A stretch of DNA of 59,787 nt, filler included, from Perkinsus olseni (taxonomy: Eukaryota), in NCBI GenBank assembly GCA_013115125.1. It is 4 parts of 4 records of this genome, joined end to end, with 100 filler letters (N's around TTAATTAATTAA, not from the genome) between each part and the next. Parts side by side here need not be neighbours in the genome. Positions count along the whole stretch, not along the records: positions 14,980 to 29,855 come from JABANN010000717.1; positions 29,956 to 44,827 come from JABANN010000718.1; 2 more parts are not named here. One strand, given 5' to 3'. This document shows, piece by piece, positions 26,254-36,971 of this stretch. Numbering within the stretch: position 1 is the first letter of the stretch; every line of letters starts with the position of its first letter. The notes under the pieces were generated by a model. It was given only the letters and a program-made list of their open reading frames with translations, had not been told where the DNA came from and ran no database searches. The position numbers and the translations under genes were made by a program.

Positions 26254-27468
26254 ATGCCTCAGCGCGTGCGAAGATTACTTGCGCTCCACATGAGTTTGTT
26301 ACATAAAAGCGTAGCAACTGGTCTGTTAATTAGGCTCCCGATTCAGCGTACACCGTGGTCTTGGAAGGGGCAGTACGATCATTCACTTCTGGCGCCAATC
26401 AAAGCCGACGGTCAAGACCTCAACCTCCTTGTGGATACGGGGACGCACGAGCTCTTCTTCATATCGAAGGGATGGCTCGAGGAGAGCGAGGGGCCCGGAG
26501 CATGTGAAGCATTAATTTTCAGCTGCTACGAGTGCACCACAGACCTGTGTGATGCTGAGGTGACCAACATCACGTTCTGCGATGATAGTTGCGCCTCAAT
26601 CGTGCCCCTCATCGGCAACCTCACGATAGGCGAGCAGGAAGCTCCAGGGGTGAAGTTCGGACTAGTAGGGGGACATTCGGGTTCGCTGTGGCCCCACGCA
26701 TCCCTGGGGTTGGCGCCTCAGCCGGAGGAGGACGAGGATGATTACATCCCGCTGTTGGACCAGCTCGTGATGAAACGCATCATTGAATCGACGGACTTCT
26801 CCATCGTCTTCAACCCTGGAAATCTGAGTGAAGGGGAGCTGATCCTCGGGGGCCTCGACCCCAGCAGATACCGCGGCCCGATGTCCTTCGTACCCCTGAA
26901 GGATGGGTATGATACTTGGACAGCCGGGCTGAAGAGTATCCAAGTTGTCGGCAACTCCACTCCCATACCGTTAACAGGGGATTTGCCGATTAGCATCGAC
27001 AGCGGGTGCTCGGGCTTATATGCACCGAAAGAAGTGCTTGAGTCAATAATGTCTGCGATGGATTCGAGTCTAGCGGCGGCGGGGCGGCTTGTCGAGCTGG
27101 AACGGGGCTCTAAGAAAGCACCCCTCTTGGGGAATTGTGCAGACCGAGAGTATCTCCCTCAGCTTCAGCTTACCTTTGCTACGGATACTCCATCAGGCGG
27201 CAACGATGCAACCGTTGTTATACACCAAGAGCTATACGTACAAGCCTTCGATACCAAGGAAGGAGAGAAATGTGTCGTGCTCATCAGGAAAGCTCCGGAA
27301 GGCGAAGCTGAGATTACCATTGGACAGAATCTTCTAAGTCAGTATTTCCTCTACTTCCAATACGGCAAGCGGCGAATCGGTTTTGCAAGAACGATCGAGG
27401 AGCTTTCGGCTCCGCAGAGAAGACCAGAATCACCTTCGAAGAAGCTCTCATCATTGGGTCCAGACTGA
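26254..27468 (+). CDS. Pepsin-family (A1) aspartic protease copy 3, intact and intronless, with signal peptide
   Basis: 404-aa ORF with a hydrophobic N-terminus, LLVDTGT, GELILGG, ISIDSGCS and IGQNLLSQYFLYFQYGKRRIGFA. Confidence 0.92.
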   Translation: MPQRVRRLLALHMSLLHKSVATGLLIRLPIQRTPWSWKGQYDHSLLAPIKADGQDLNLLVDTGTHELFFISKGWLEESEGPGACEALIFSCYECTTDLCDAEVTNITFCDDSCASIVPLIGNLTIGEQEAPGVKFGLVGGHSGSLWPHASLGLAPQPEEDEDDYIPLLDQLVMKRIIESTDFSIVFNPGNLSEGELILGGLDPSRYRGPMSFVPLKDGYDTWTAGLKSIQVVGNSTPIPLTGDLPISIDSGCSGLYAPKEVLESIMSAMDSSLAAAGRLVELERGSKKAPLLGNCADREYLPQLQLTFATDTPSGGNDATVVIHQELYVQAFDTKEGEKCVVLIRKAPEGEAEITIGQNLLSQYFLYFQYGKRRIGFARTIEELSAPQRRPESPSKKLSSLGPD

Positions 27469-28299
27469 TCACTCGAGAACTGCGAGCTGTCGCGAACGGT
27501 ACTCGTGCTGTCTCCCAGTGGGCGTGTCCGACAGTGACTTTGCGATGTGATTTGCAACAATTTACTCGGTGTCGTCTGATCCACTGGTCAGATTTGAATA
27601 CTGTTGAATGAGCCGTTGTCTTGAAGCGAGTGCAGGCTCAGTTTTGAGTTTTCCAGTGCTGGGGCGCATTTCAGTCGTGTGCGTACGTCCGGGCCTCGAA
27701 TCCCGAGCTGATAATGTTCAGACTTCGTGGAAGCCATCCACTGGAAGGCCGCTGATGGACTTCTTGGTGTTCAGAATTCGCGCCAGATAAGAGGATCATT
27801 TTCCCCCTCGGTCTTCAGGCGATACTTGCAAGATGTGTGACACCCGGTGCAATGAATTCAGTTGAATGAAGCTGTGTACGTGCTATCAGAGTCCTTGATT
27901 CGGAGGTACTGCAGGCTGAAGCTTGCAGTATTACTCTAAAGGTGGGACAAGGGCGTTATTCCATCTTGCTACGATAAACAAGGACAATACGATGTCGACT
28001 TTGCCAGGCAGGAGAGTACGCTATCGGACCGCGCTTGGCAGTGTTGGACCAGTGGCTAGGTCATTGTGTGCCACTTTCCCCCTGTCGATACCATACGTGC
28101 TGCAAGCTAAGCTATAGTACCGCTTCCGTAGCTCGTACAGGCATCATGAGTGCTAAGGCATCGACGCAGACTTAGTTTTGTCTCCCTGTACGTCCGCTCT
28201 CGTACAATCTTGTCACTACTTCTTGCCGCATCTTGAGTTACGTATAAAGAGTTTATTGTCCCTACAGCAGCATGCGCGTACATAGCTCACGGGCTCCGA

Positions 28300-28780
28300 T
28301 ATTGAGTGGTTTCGGGCGGTTTCGGGCCTGCGTCCCCAACACTTCCCCTAGCCCAGTAAGTCAGGTGGTGTCCGGACTCACGGCCGAACCGAAACGAGAC
28401 TCGATCTGAAAGGGATTTATGAGCATATCAATTTCGAAATCATTCTGGAGATGCACCACTAAGATTTATCGGGTCATGTGGTTGACATGTATCCTGTGTA
28501 GTCGGTACGAAAGGTTATCCCCTTTCCTCGCATGCCCTTGCCTCGTTCGATGTGCTCGATTCCACTGTGATCAGCATTCTTCCGTATATGCCATCATGGC
28601 ATTGCCATGTGAATTTGCGTTCTATGCGTGGACCCACGCGAGAGCAGTCTTTCGCTATGTCCGGCTGAAGGAGTTCAGTCGCACAGTCGGGTCGCATTCC
28701 TCCAGTTTTGAGAGGCAGCTGAGTGACCCGGCCTTCTGGGAGCAGCTTTAAGGTGCCCTTTAAGGTGCGTCACGCACCTC
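28300..28780 (+). mobile_element. Possible DNA-transposon (hAT-like) fragment
   Basis: The ORF tail HSSVYAIM...ARAVFRYV...QLSDPAFWEQL loosely resembles hAT transposase segments. Short GGTTTCGGGC direct repeats lie upstream. Confidence 0.25.
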
Positions 28781-29299
28781 AAAATTAAGAGGATTTTGAC
28801 AAGCCTATAAATCATGACGATGACCAAGTTTCTGCTGCATTCTCACCTGGCAACGGCTTATGAGCATAAAGAAGTGCTCACGAGCTTTTGAAAACTCGCC
28901 TCACTGTGGGACACCGGCTAATCAACTCGGGACTCATCCATTGTAAGGCGAAGAAACGTTAGCAACCTCGACCGTAATGGAATAGGAAGCCTGGCGGCCT
29001 CAGGAGGCCTCAGGCCTCACAAATTACCGCTTGCCTTACCGGAGATAGTGGGAACTTTGCGAATCCCCACGCGATGCAGCCGAGATCTCGCCCGAATTCG
29101 GACTTCCGAGGGAGAGCTCAAATCCATCCGCATGGCGAGCGATAAGAGTCGCGTCTCGGCCGCCTCTGTCTCGGGTTTCATCAGTCCATCGTTCGTGGGG
29201 ATATCTGTGTTCTCCGTTTCTGCTGGGGAAGCTGGCTCGAGGGCATAAAAGGGATAGACTTCTGCTTGCTTGCAGTTGTTAGCTTCCCGTGACCCTCAC

Positions 29300-29788
29300 A
29301 TGGCACGAGGCTCTCGGCGAGTACACATCCTCAGTCTTAGTGTTCTATATCAGAACATAGCTATTGGGCAGTTGATAAGGCTTCCAATCCAGTGGAAACA
29401 GGAGTTCTGGAAGGAAACTTACGGCTACTCATTTTTGGTGGCAATTAAAGCCGATGGTCAAGACCTCAACCTCCTAGTGGATACGGGAGCAAGCGATCTC
29501 TTCTTCATATCGAAGGAATGGCTCGAGGAGAGCGAGGGGCTCGGAGCGTGTGAAGCACCTGTTTACGGCTGTTACCAGTGCACGACAGACCTCTGTGATG
29601 CTAGGGTGACAGACATCACGTTCTACGATGACAGTTGCGCATCCATCGTGCCCCTAACCGGCAACCTCACGATAGGCGAGCAGGAAGTTCCAGAGGTTAA
29701 GTTCGGGTTAGTACAAGAATATTCGCGGTCAATGGCGCCCCACGCATCCCTGGGGTTGGCGCCTCAGCCGGAGGAAGATGAGGAGTAA
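29300..29788 (+). pseudogene. Aspartic protease copy 4, N-lobe only, truncated close to contig end
   Basis: Signal peptide and LLVDTGAS motif. Homology stops abruptly after PQPEEDEE at a TAA, 67 bp before the gap. Confidence 0.8.
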
Positions 29789-29855
29789 ATCGTTTTTCCT
29801 CACCGGAGTTTTTCTAAACACCTGTTTTTGCACCACTTGCACTGTCATTTTCAAC

Positions 29856-29955
29856 NNNNNNNNNNNNNNNNNNNNNNNNNNNNNNNNNNNNNNNNNNNNT
29901 TAATTAATTAANNNNNNNNNNNNNNNNNNNNNNNNNNNNNNNNNNNNNNNNNNNN
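29856..29955. other. Assembly linker N44-TTAATTAATTAA-N44
   Basis: Same 100-nt linker. Confidence 0.98.
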
Positions 29956-30106
29956 AAGGTGTCATCCAACCCTTGCAGTATGAACCATACTTGGACTCGC
30001 GGCATCCATCGACCTTGGAGCACATCTGCGAGCAAGCATCCTCAGTGGCAGTGGCCACGGCGACGGCACCGGTGAGAGCGACAACAGTAGAAACGGAGAA
30101 ACGCAT
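29956..30106 (-). CDS. Small secreted Cys-rich protein, 3'-truncated by the gap
   Basis: MRFSVSTVVALTGAVAVATA signal peptide followed by EDACSQMCSKVDGCRESKYGSYCKGWMTP. Confidence 0.75.
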
Positions 30107-30837
30107 AGAGTAAACTTCGAGGGGGAAAAACGAAAAACTGTGCAAAGGAGTCGTCACAGAAGAGGCTTTCGAACTCTCCCCAATTCACAGAGACCGAATG
30201 AATGTCAACAACAAGTTGTCGTTCTTCGCTGCATCTACCCTAAAAGTGACTACAGCAGAAGAGCTAATGGTTACTAGCTACTAGCTTCAGTTGTTCTGTT
30301 GTCTACGTATATTGTCCCCGACGTCTGCATTCCTAGGTCGAAGCTTAACCTTCTGTCGAATTGTGAACTCCAGTAGTTTACATTCGAGAGGACAGGCGCC
30401 ATCCTACAACCATGCTTGTGGGGGGGGGGGGCACGATGAGAGATTTTACTCAGGATGACCCTCAAACTTCCGAAGGTTTACCTCGTGTAATAATCATAAG
30501 TCCGTTCAGGAAGCATCGCTATCCTCTCCCTTGGTAGATTCGTGTCAACTGAGAACGCGAGGCGATGCAACTGCAGCACGATTTCTCCCATAGGGACAGC
30601 ATGATGAGCATAGATAACCGATTCAAGAATAAAACCAAAAACATCTGTTGATGTCTGACGGCGCCGATTCAATGCATCGTGCGTCTAATGCCGATGGCGT
30701 TATGTGCAAAATGAGCCCAGGAAGGCTCTTCCAATAGTGTCTGGTAAAATGAATAGGACTGGTATGAATCACCTCTCTATCGTGACCTCGCCCTGAGTTA
30801 AAAACCAACATGTCTTATCGTAGGCTAACGGCTTGTC

Positions 30838-31983
30838 TCACTTCTCAGGCAGAGGTATGCCGGGCTTGTTGCGTTCCTCAATGCCACCGTGAGCACTCTG
30901 AGTCTCCTCCAGATCATCTAGCAGACCAAAGTTCGCTTCAATCGGGATTGGATTTTAAGTCCTACCTTTTCCAGTAGGTACTGAAGAAGCATCAGGCGTA
31001 CCACCGCCACCGTCTGACGATTGGTCCGCTCTAACGGACGCTCTGAAATGGAAGAAGAGGTAACAGGACTACAGCGGCACCGAGGCCGTACGCAACACTG
31101 GCCGAGGCCGTAGGGATGTCCTGGTGTATGCCTCTGTTAGAGTTATCTGATACAACCGTCGTGGTACATCGATTATCAATGACCTCCCTAGCTTACGTAT
31201 AGCATTCTGGGCATATTTCAGAGCGGCCCAAGAGTGGTAATCCATCCCACTAAAGGCGTTAGCATTGGCGAGTTGAGGAACAGGAGCCTCGGTTGCCGAC
31301 AACTGAGGAGGTTGGTTCGGGTATACACTACGATCATCAGCGATCTGCCTACCCTTGCCGCCTCAGCAACAGCGGCTGCTTGCATCGCAAAGATCCAGCA
31401 CGCGCTGTGCGTACCAGCAGATTGGTGGAATGCCGCCTACAGAAGTCCGTCTAGTCATAGTAACTCAATGAGACATCGAGAAGGTTACCATAGGCAGGCC
31501 GAAGGGAGTCGGGGCGACGGTGATGGGGGCCGGCGCCGGTGCTGGAGGCTGCCACATATTGAGGTGTCCCCACATATCATCATCAGCTTGGTCTTGCATG
31601 GCGATGTTGTGGGCTGCTTCCATCTGCTCCGCTAGAATCTGGAAGGCTTCTACTCAAGCCAGATTGATTCTTAGTGCCACCGACCTCTTCTTCGGTTTTG
31701 GGTGGACGTTCCTTGAGCTCCTCCTCTGAGTGAGCATAGAAGCATCGTCCAAGGGGACGATAACTGCGAGAAAGGTATTCGAGGTTGACGCGTGCACTTG
31801 GCAAGCTTACGTGCAATGCTCTCCATAGCGACAGAGCTTGGTCTTCTGCAACCGTCTGTGTCGCGTTATAGCAACATCCGAGTGGGCAATTGCCCTAGGG
31901 ATGTGGACCCCCTCCTCGGCGTAATAGCTGGTGTGCGGTAGGCTCAAAGGAGTCACTGGGACTGGAGGGTCCTGGTCGCTCAT
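30838..31983 (-). CDS. CCCH-type zinc-finger protein, paralog B (multi-exon)
   Basis: MSDQDPP...VHIPRAIAHSDVAITRHRRLQKTKLCRYGEHCT|YRPLGRCFYAHSEEELKERPPKTEEE. The last exon (DDLEETQSAHGG) matches paralog A. Confidence 0.8.
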
Positions 31984-32622
31984 GATGATGACGATCCAAA
32001 CTGCACTACTACGGATGTCGCCAGGTTAACAAACTCAAGAATCGTGTTCTCAGCCATCACTAGCAGATGTACCCATACTGCTGCTTCAACAGAATCACAC
32101 ACAGTCCATGCCATCATGTATAATAGCAGCAGCCTAGTAGTAGTATCACCGAAGAGACGGTGATGATGTAGTCGTGATGGTAGTAGTTGCACTAGCCGCT
32201 GCAGTAATGTCACCAATACACACACAGATTATTAATACAAAGCCTTCTCCCTCACTGTTATCAAAGCAACTACTACTGCTGCTACCTGCTGCTCCTGCTG
32301 TTGTTCGTGCATACAGAGATGATCTACTACAACAACTAGTGATATAAAAATAAGCATCATTAATAAGCATCGTATTATTATCATAGACATCGCGTACTTG
32401 AAGGTGTTGCCGCTGTACGAGAAGGCTCAAGTGGGCAGACGACAAGAGTCGAGAGTCGGGCATGGCAAGTGATAGTAATCCATATGGATGGATTCATACG
32501 ACTACTTTCAGTAGCGTGGACACTAATAATAGTGAAAACCTTCAGTACAATAAAGGAAGCAGCCGGTTAGCTCGACTTGGACCTGCATGAGCACGATGGA
32601 CGCACAGCTGAGTCGAAGGAGG

Positions 32623-33926
32623 TTACTTATGGGTCATGTACACCCCTAGACTGGACAGGTCCCTGTTGCCACCAAAGGCACTCTGAGTCTCCAAACCGTC
32701 ATCTGATGGAAGAACACAACTCGATGGCTGCCCGCCAAGTGGTGCTGCCGACGTACGGGCGTTGCTGGCATCGGGCTCACGAGCATCTACTGAAGGAGCC
32801 CTTGACGAAGCATCAGGAGTCTCACCGGGAGGCACCAATCCCGGCGGCTTCGAGAGTAGGAGAGAGCTGATAGGAGAGACACACTAGAACGATATTCGAT
32901 ATTCGGGCTCACCTTAGAGTGTTGCTGCTGACCGGAATGGGAGGAGCTGGTGTCGTAGGGGCCGGGGCACCGACAGTCGGGAGTAAACCGTCCCCACCTA
33001 CAACCGAGGCTGATACACAACGCGTGAGAACTGAAGACCGTACTCTGCAAACCCAGAAGGGCGAAGTCGAGGGAACCTGCGGGAGGAAGTCCAGGGAAGC
33101 TTCCGAGCAATCCCGAAGAATCCATAGGCGAGCTGGAGGTGCTCGAAACACCAGCAGCAGCAGCCATCAGGTCAGTCGGTAGAAGCTGAGGGCTCGGGAT
33201 GGCTGTGGCGACAGCGGCCTGAGGACAGAGGGTTGCATCTGCGCCGTTGAGTGCAGAGGACTCACTCTAGCGAGTTCACCAGCCGTGGCAGCCTGTGCGA
33301 GGAGGGCAGCCCAGTAGGCCGTGGTAGTGGCCGAGGCACCGTAGGCGGCGGGCATGGTCGGGAAGCCAGTCTGAAGTCATGGATGATGACGGTGAGGGAG
33401 GGACGGCGATGTACCATAGAGGTGGCAGCCAGGGCGGCCATCTGAGGGTTGCACCACGGATTGGCAGCGAGCATGGCGGCAGCTTGTTCCTGTATGGCGA
33501 TGTTGCGGATGGTCTCGGCGTGCTCTGCAGCGATCTGAGATTGATCAGCTGCAGGCAACGCGATCGACCGGCCGCTGACTTCCTCGTCCGTCTTCGGTGG
33601 TCGCGGTTGCACTTCTTCAATAGAGTGGGCATAGAAGCAACGGCCGATGGCTCGGTACCTTCCAAAGAGGGGCAGTGGCGTCACTGACATCACGACTAAC
33701 GGTGCTTGTCGTACGCGCAGTCCTCGCCGTATTTGCACAGCTTAGTCTTTTGCAACCGTTTGTGTCTGTTAACGGCCACCTCTGAGTGAGCTATCGATCG
33801 AGGTATGTGGACCGTGGCCTCTCCCGACGGAGCTGCTGCTGTGGTTGGGGCGTCGGAGGGAGGTGCAGGCGGAGGGGAGGCACCAGCCTGGGTGGTGGTG
33901 GTGGTAGGCGCGTTCTTGCTTGCCAT
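32623..33926 (-). CDS. CCCH-type zinc-finger protein, paralog A (multi-exon)
   Basis: MASKNAP...VHIPRSIAHSEVAVNRHKRLQKTKLCKYGEDCA|YRAIGRCFYAHSIEEVQPRPPKTDEE, then an Ala/Pro/Gln-rich tail ending DDGLETQSAFGG...HK*. Confidence 0.8.
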
Positions 33927-34027
33927 GGGCAGGTCGAAGAAGATTTCGAGAGAACTGTGTCATTATCACTCATGTAGCTACCTTTGATTGACCCGAACAA
34001 ACGACTATACAAGGCGAGAGAAACAAG

Positions 34028-35230
34028 CTAACCACCAGGGGAGGGCTGCTGGGGGGCCCAGGTCATAACGAGCACTTCATTCTTGAAGCTATGCACAGGC
34101 GGTAGCTCCACAATCTCCGCTGAGATCAGCCGGGGGGCCGGTGAGTCCTTAGTGGACGACCTCTCCTGGGCGGCGTTGATACGGTCTTGGTTAATGAAGA
34201 GCTTTGCTCGTCGACTGATGGAACCACGGCGGTCATCCTCGGCTGTCTGACAGAGCGTCTCGTAGCGGTCGAGAGGGACATCAAGGGAGGGGGTACGAGG
34301 GTAGCAGAATCCAGCCTCAGGGCCGAACCACTGCTTCATCTTGCCAAAGCAGCAAGTGCAGGCGATGAGGGTCGTGGGTCTATGGCGGGCGTTGCGCTCA
34401 CAGAGGTCGATGGCGACGTCAGAGAGGCCAGCACAGCAATGGAGACCAACAGCTACGTCAAAGCCGAGAGCGGAGACGTCGTACTGGGACAGGTCACACA
34501 CCGTACCATGGACGCGATGGGAGAGGCCTAACTTCTCAGCTCGGTATAAGGCTTGCTTGACGGAAATCTCCTTGATGTCGAGTACTCTGACGTCAGAGGT
34601 GGGGAATTCATGGGCGATAGTGAGGGCCAGATCTCCACGACCGCCACCGAGATCGACAATCTTTACCCGAGGACTTTCCGAGCCTGGGAATCGAACCTGG
34701 GACCTCAGCAAGGAGACCATATGCTCTATCTGGGCTCGCTTCCTCTTGCCATGATTGATGCGTAGAGCTGCACCTTCATAGTCCCCCCGCTTCAAGTGAT
34801 AATAAAGACTGATGTTCATCATTTCCGGTATGAGGTGCTTCGGCAACCGGCTCCAGTCAATCGGCGCCCGCTCCGACTCTTCCACCCTCCTGACGGGCAC
34901 GCTCGCCGGTAGATGATCCTCACAGTACTCGAGGATGCCATCGACCTCAGCATCATGGGCTTCTCTATTGTGTGCTCGCCTTGCCGATCGATTACGTTCA
35001 TTCACTTCCGCCAACATCAGCTCTACTGCATGTGCCAGCTCCTCGCCGTCAAGACCCACCACTTCCATAAGGTCAGCCTTCGGTACTGAACTCCTCACCT
35101 CGAGCTGATCTAGATCGATCTTGCCCATCTTATATTTCCTCAACTGGCTCATAACATTCCCTCGATACAGTTTCTTGAATTGGCCATTGAATCCTCGCCC
35201 ATCGTCTGTGACGGCGACGGCCGAAGGCAT
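34028..35230 (-). CDS. SAM-dependent methyltransferase (Methyltransf_32 / GSTCD-like), intronless
   Basis: Motif I KIVDLGGGRGDL, plus VAVGLHCCAGLSD and ACTCCFGK, characteristic of this family. Confidence 0.8.
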   Translation of the reverse strand: MPSAVAVTDDGRGFNGQFKKLYRGNVMSQLRKYKMGKIDLDQLEVRSSVPKADLMEVVGLDGEELAHAVELMLAEVNERNRSARRAHNREAHDAEVDGILEYCEDHLPASVPVRRVEESERAPIDWSRLPKHLIPEMMNISLYYHLKRGDYEGAALRINHGKRKRAQIEHMVSLLRSQVRFPGSESPRVKIVDLGGGRGDLALTIAHEFPTSDVRVLDIKEISVKQALYRAEKLGLSHRVHGTVCDLSQYDVSALGFDVAVGLHCCAGLSDVAIDLCERNARHRPTTLIACTCCFGKMKQWFGPEAGFCYPRTPSLDVPLDRYETLCQTAEDDRRGSISRRAKLFINQDRINAAQERSSTKDSPAPRLISAEIVELPPVHSFKNEVLVMTWAPQQPSPGG

Positions 35231-35464
35231 ATCGTGAGTAACTGCTCAAGACAGCGTCGTCTACCATCCCCCTCCAGAAGATTGTAAACAAGACGCTCGT
35301 GAGAGGTGATCATAAGAAACTTAGGTGTTGTAGAAATAGCTGTCAATATAGGATGGGGTAGAATGGTGCCGTAATAATACTATGACTATTACTATTACTG
35401 AGATAATGGTAATGATAGACGGAATGATCCCTGGTGGTGGTGACGATGACGACGACCACCAGCA

Positions 35465-36712
35465 TCAATAGTACATCGGACTTAGTAGGCGCACGACGTG
35501 ACTCACACGGTCGCTGACAAATACGTCCCCTGTGCCTTCATCTACCGCCATGCCGCTTATTCTTCCCACATTCTCGGCTACTACGAAGGGCTCTCCAAAC
35601 CGTAGTGTAGGGGTAGAGTCGCAGCAGTGTCGGCCTGTGTCGGCAGCATCAACTAGATCTCCGGAATTCTGCAGAGGTTTTATGACACTAGTTCCCTCGT
35701 GTCCAGCAGCACTGCAGCTGCTACCCTCATCACACTCCTCCTCATAAGGACAGCAGACGATACGACCATTATAGGAGTCCCCCACGTAGAGGACCTTCCT
35801 CACAGGGTCACTGGCAACCGCACCCGGCCCTCGCAGCTGAATCGGTCCTGATGAAGGGCCGAGTACCTCCTGTACTAACCCACCATCATCACAATCATTA
35901 CGAGGGGTGTAAACGAGCACTCGGTCGTTGTCAGTGTCAGCCACAGCGACCGAAGAGTCGGCACAGATGCAGATATCCTCTGGCCACCTCAGACCGACAT
36001 CCTCACAGACCGACGTAACAGTAAAGGTACTCCGATCAACTCGTAGTAGACGATGATTGCCCGAATCGCAAACCCACAACACGGTTCCTCGATTGGACAT
36101 CTGTACGGCCCTCGGCTCCGTGAGATCATGCTCTTCAGAGTCTGGATCGACGCCGGGGCCAACCACAGCGTATGGCTCGACATCCCCAGGATCTAGGAGG
36201 CAGACATTATCCTCGTCCATGAGAGTGCAGAAGACACCACCGCCGACAGTATCAGCACACAGCCCTAGGGGTTTGCTCACCGTGGCGTAGACTCTAGTGT
36301 CCGTATAGGGGGACACAATGGAAGTAGACAGTATCCGATCATGGACCAGATCACAGGTAAGAAGACGGCCGTCTTGGATGGCTAGCTTCTGTGGTGACTC
36401 CACCAGCCATTCGGGTATGCGATTTGGATTGGGGGACTTAGTAAAAAGAGGAGGTCCCGTAGCTACCAGCTGGTAGAAAGGCTTAGCAAAAGCCCATGCC
36501 TCTACGGCAAGTTGATCTACCAGAGGGTCGTCCTCATGCTCCAACAGCACCTGTTTATGGTCTTCCAACAAAGATGAGGAAGAGCTGCTGCAAGTTGAGG
36601 AGAGATCCGTGCAGGGGGAGGAGGAAAAGCCGGCTGCTGTTGCCAGCTTAGCGGCCTTGATGCTGATGACCAGGCGATGACGACGTTCGGAAAGAGGAAT
36701 TGATATTGTCAA
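35465..36712 (-). CDS. NHL-repeat beta-propeller protein (start codon uncertain)
   Basis: Repeats LTEPRAV...WVCDSGNHRLL, LRWPEDI...VADTDNDRVL and LRGPGAVA...YVGDSYNGRI. Confidence 0.8.
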   Translation of the reverse strand: MTISIPLSERRHRLVISIKAAKLATAAGFSSSPCTDLSSTCSSSSSSLLEDHKQVLLEHEDDPLVDQLAVEAWAFAKPFYQLVATGPPLFTKSPNPNRIPEWLVESPQKLAIQDGRLLTCDLVHDRILSTSIVSPYTDTRVYATVSKPLGLCADTVGGGVFCTLMDEDNVCLLDPGDVEPYAVVGPGVDPDSEEHDLTEPRAVQMSNRGTVLWVCDSGNHRLLRVDRSTFTVTSVCEDVGLRWPEDICICADSSVAVADTDNDRVLVYTPRNDCDDGGLVQEVLGPSSGPIQLRGPGAVASDPVRKVLYVGDSYNGRIVCCPYEEECDEGSSCSAAGHEGTSVIKPLQNSGDLVDAADTGRHCCDSTPTLRFGEPFVVAENVGRISGMAVDEGTGDVFVSDRVSHVVRLLSPMYY

Positions 36713-36971
36713 TAGTAAATAATATTAAACTACTGTGTTCACGATACACCAACACCACCAGGAGCCGAGCAACACAACACGAGAAATGGTGATGACTGAA
36801 TACTCAGAGACACGTACAACTGCGACCAGGGTAGGGTGGTGGCCGCAGCAGCACACCATAGGGAACAGGAACCATCTCATCATTAGAGATGGACTAACCC
36901 CAGATGGTCGCAGTGTGTATCAATAAAAGTTTGGATAGGACGACGCCGGGAACTATTCGAAAGTCGGATTG

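Noticed and set aside
22400..29300. Relic spliced-leader sequence upstream of the intronless proteases
   Set aside because: I found no convincing match to the Perkinsus/dinoflagellate SL core (CCGTAGCCATYTTGGCTCAAG) by eye.
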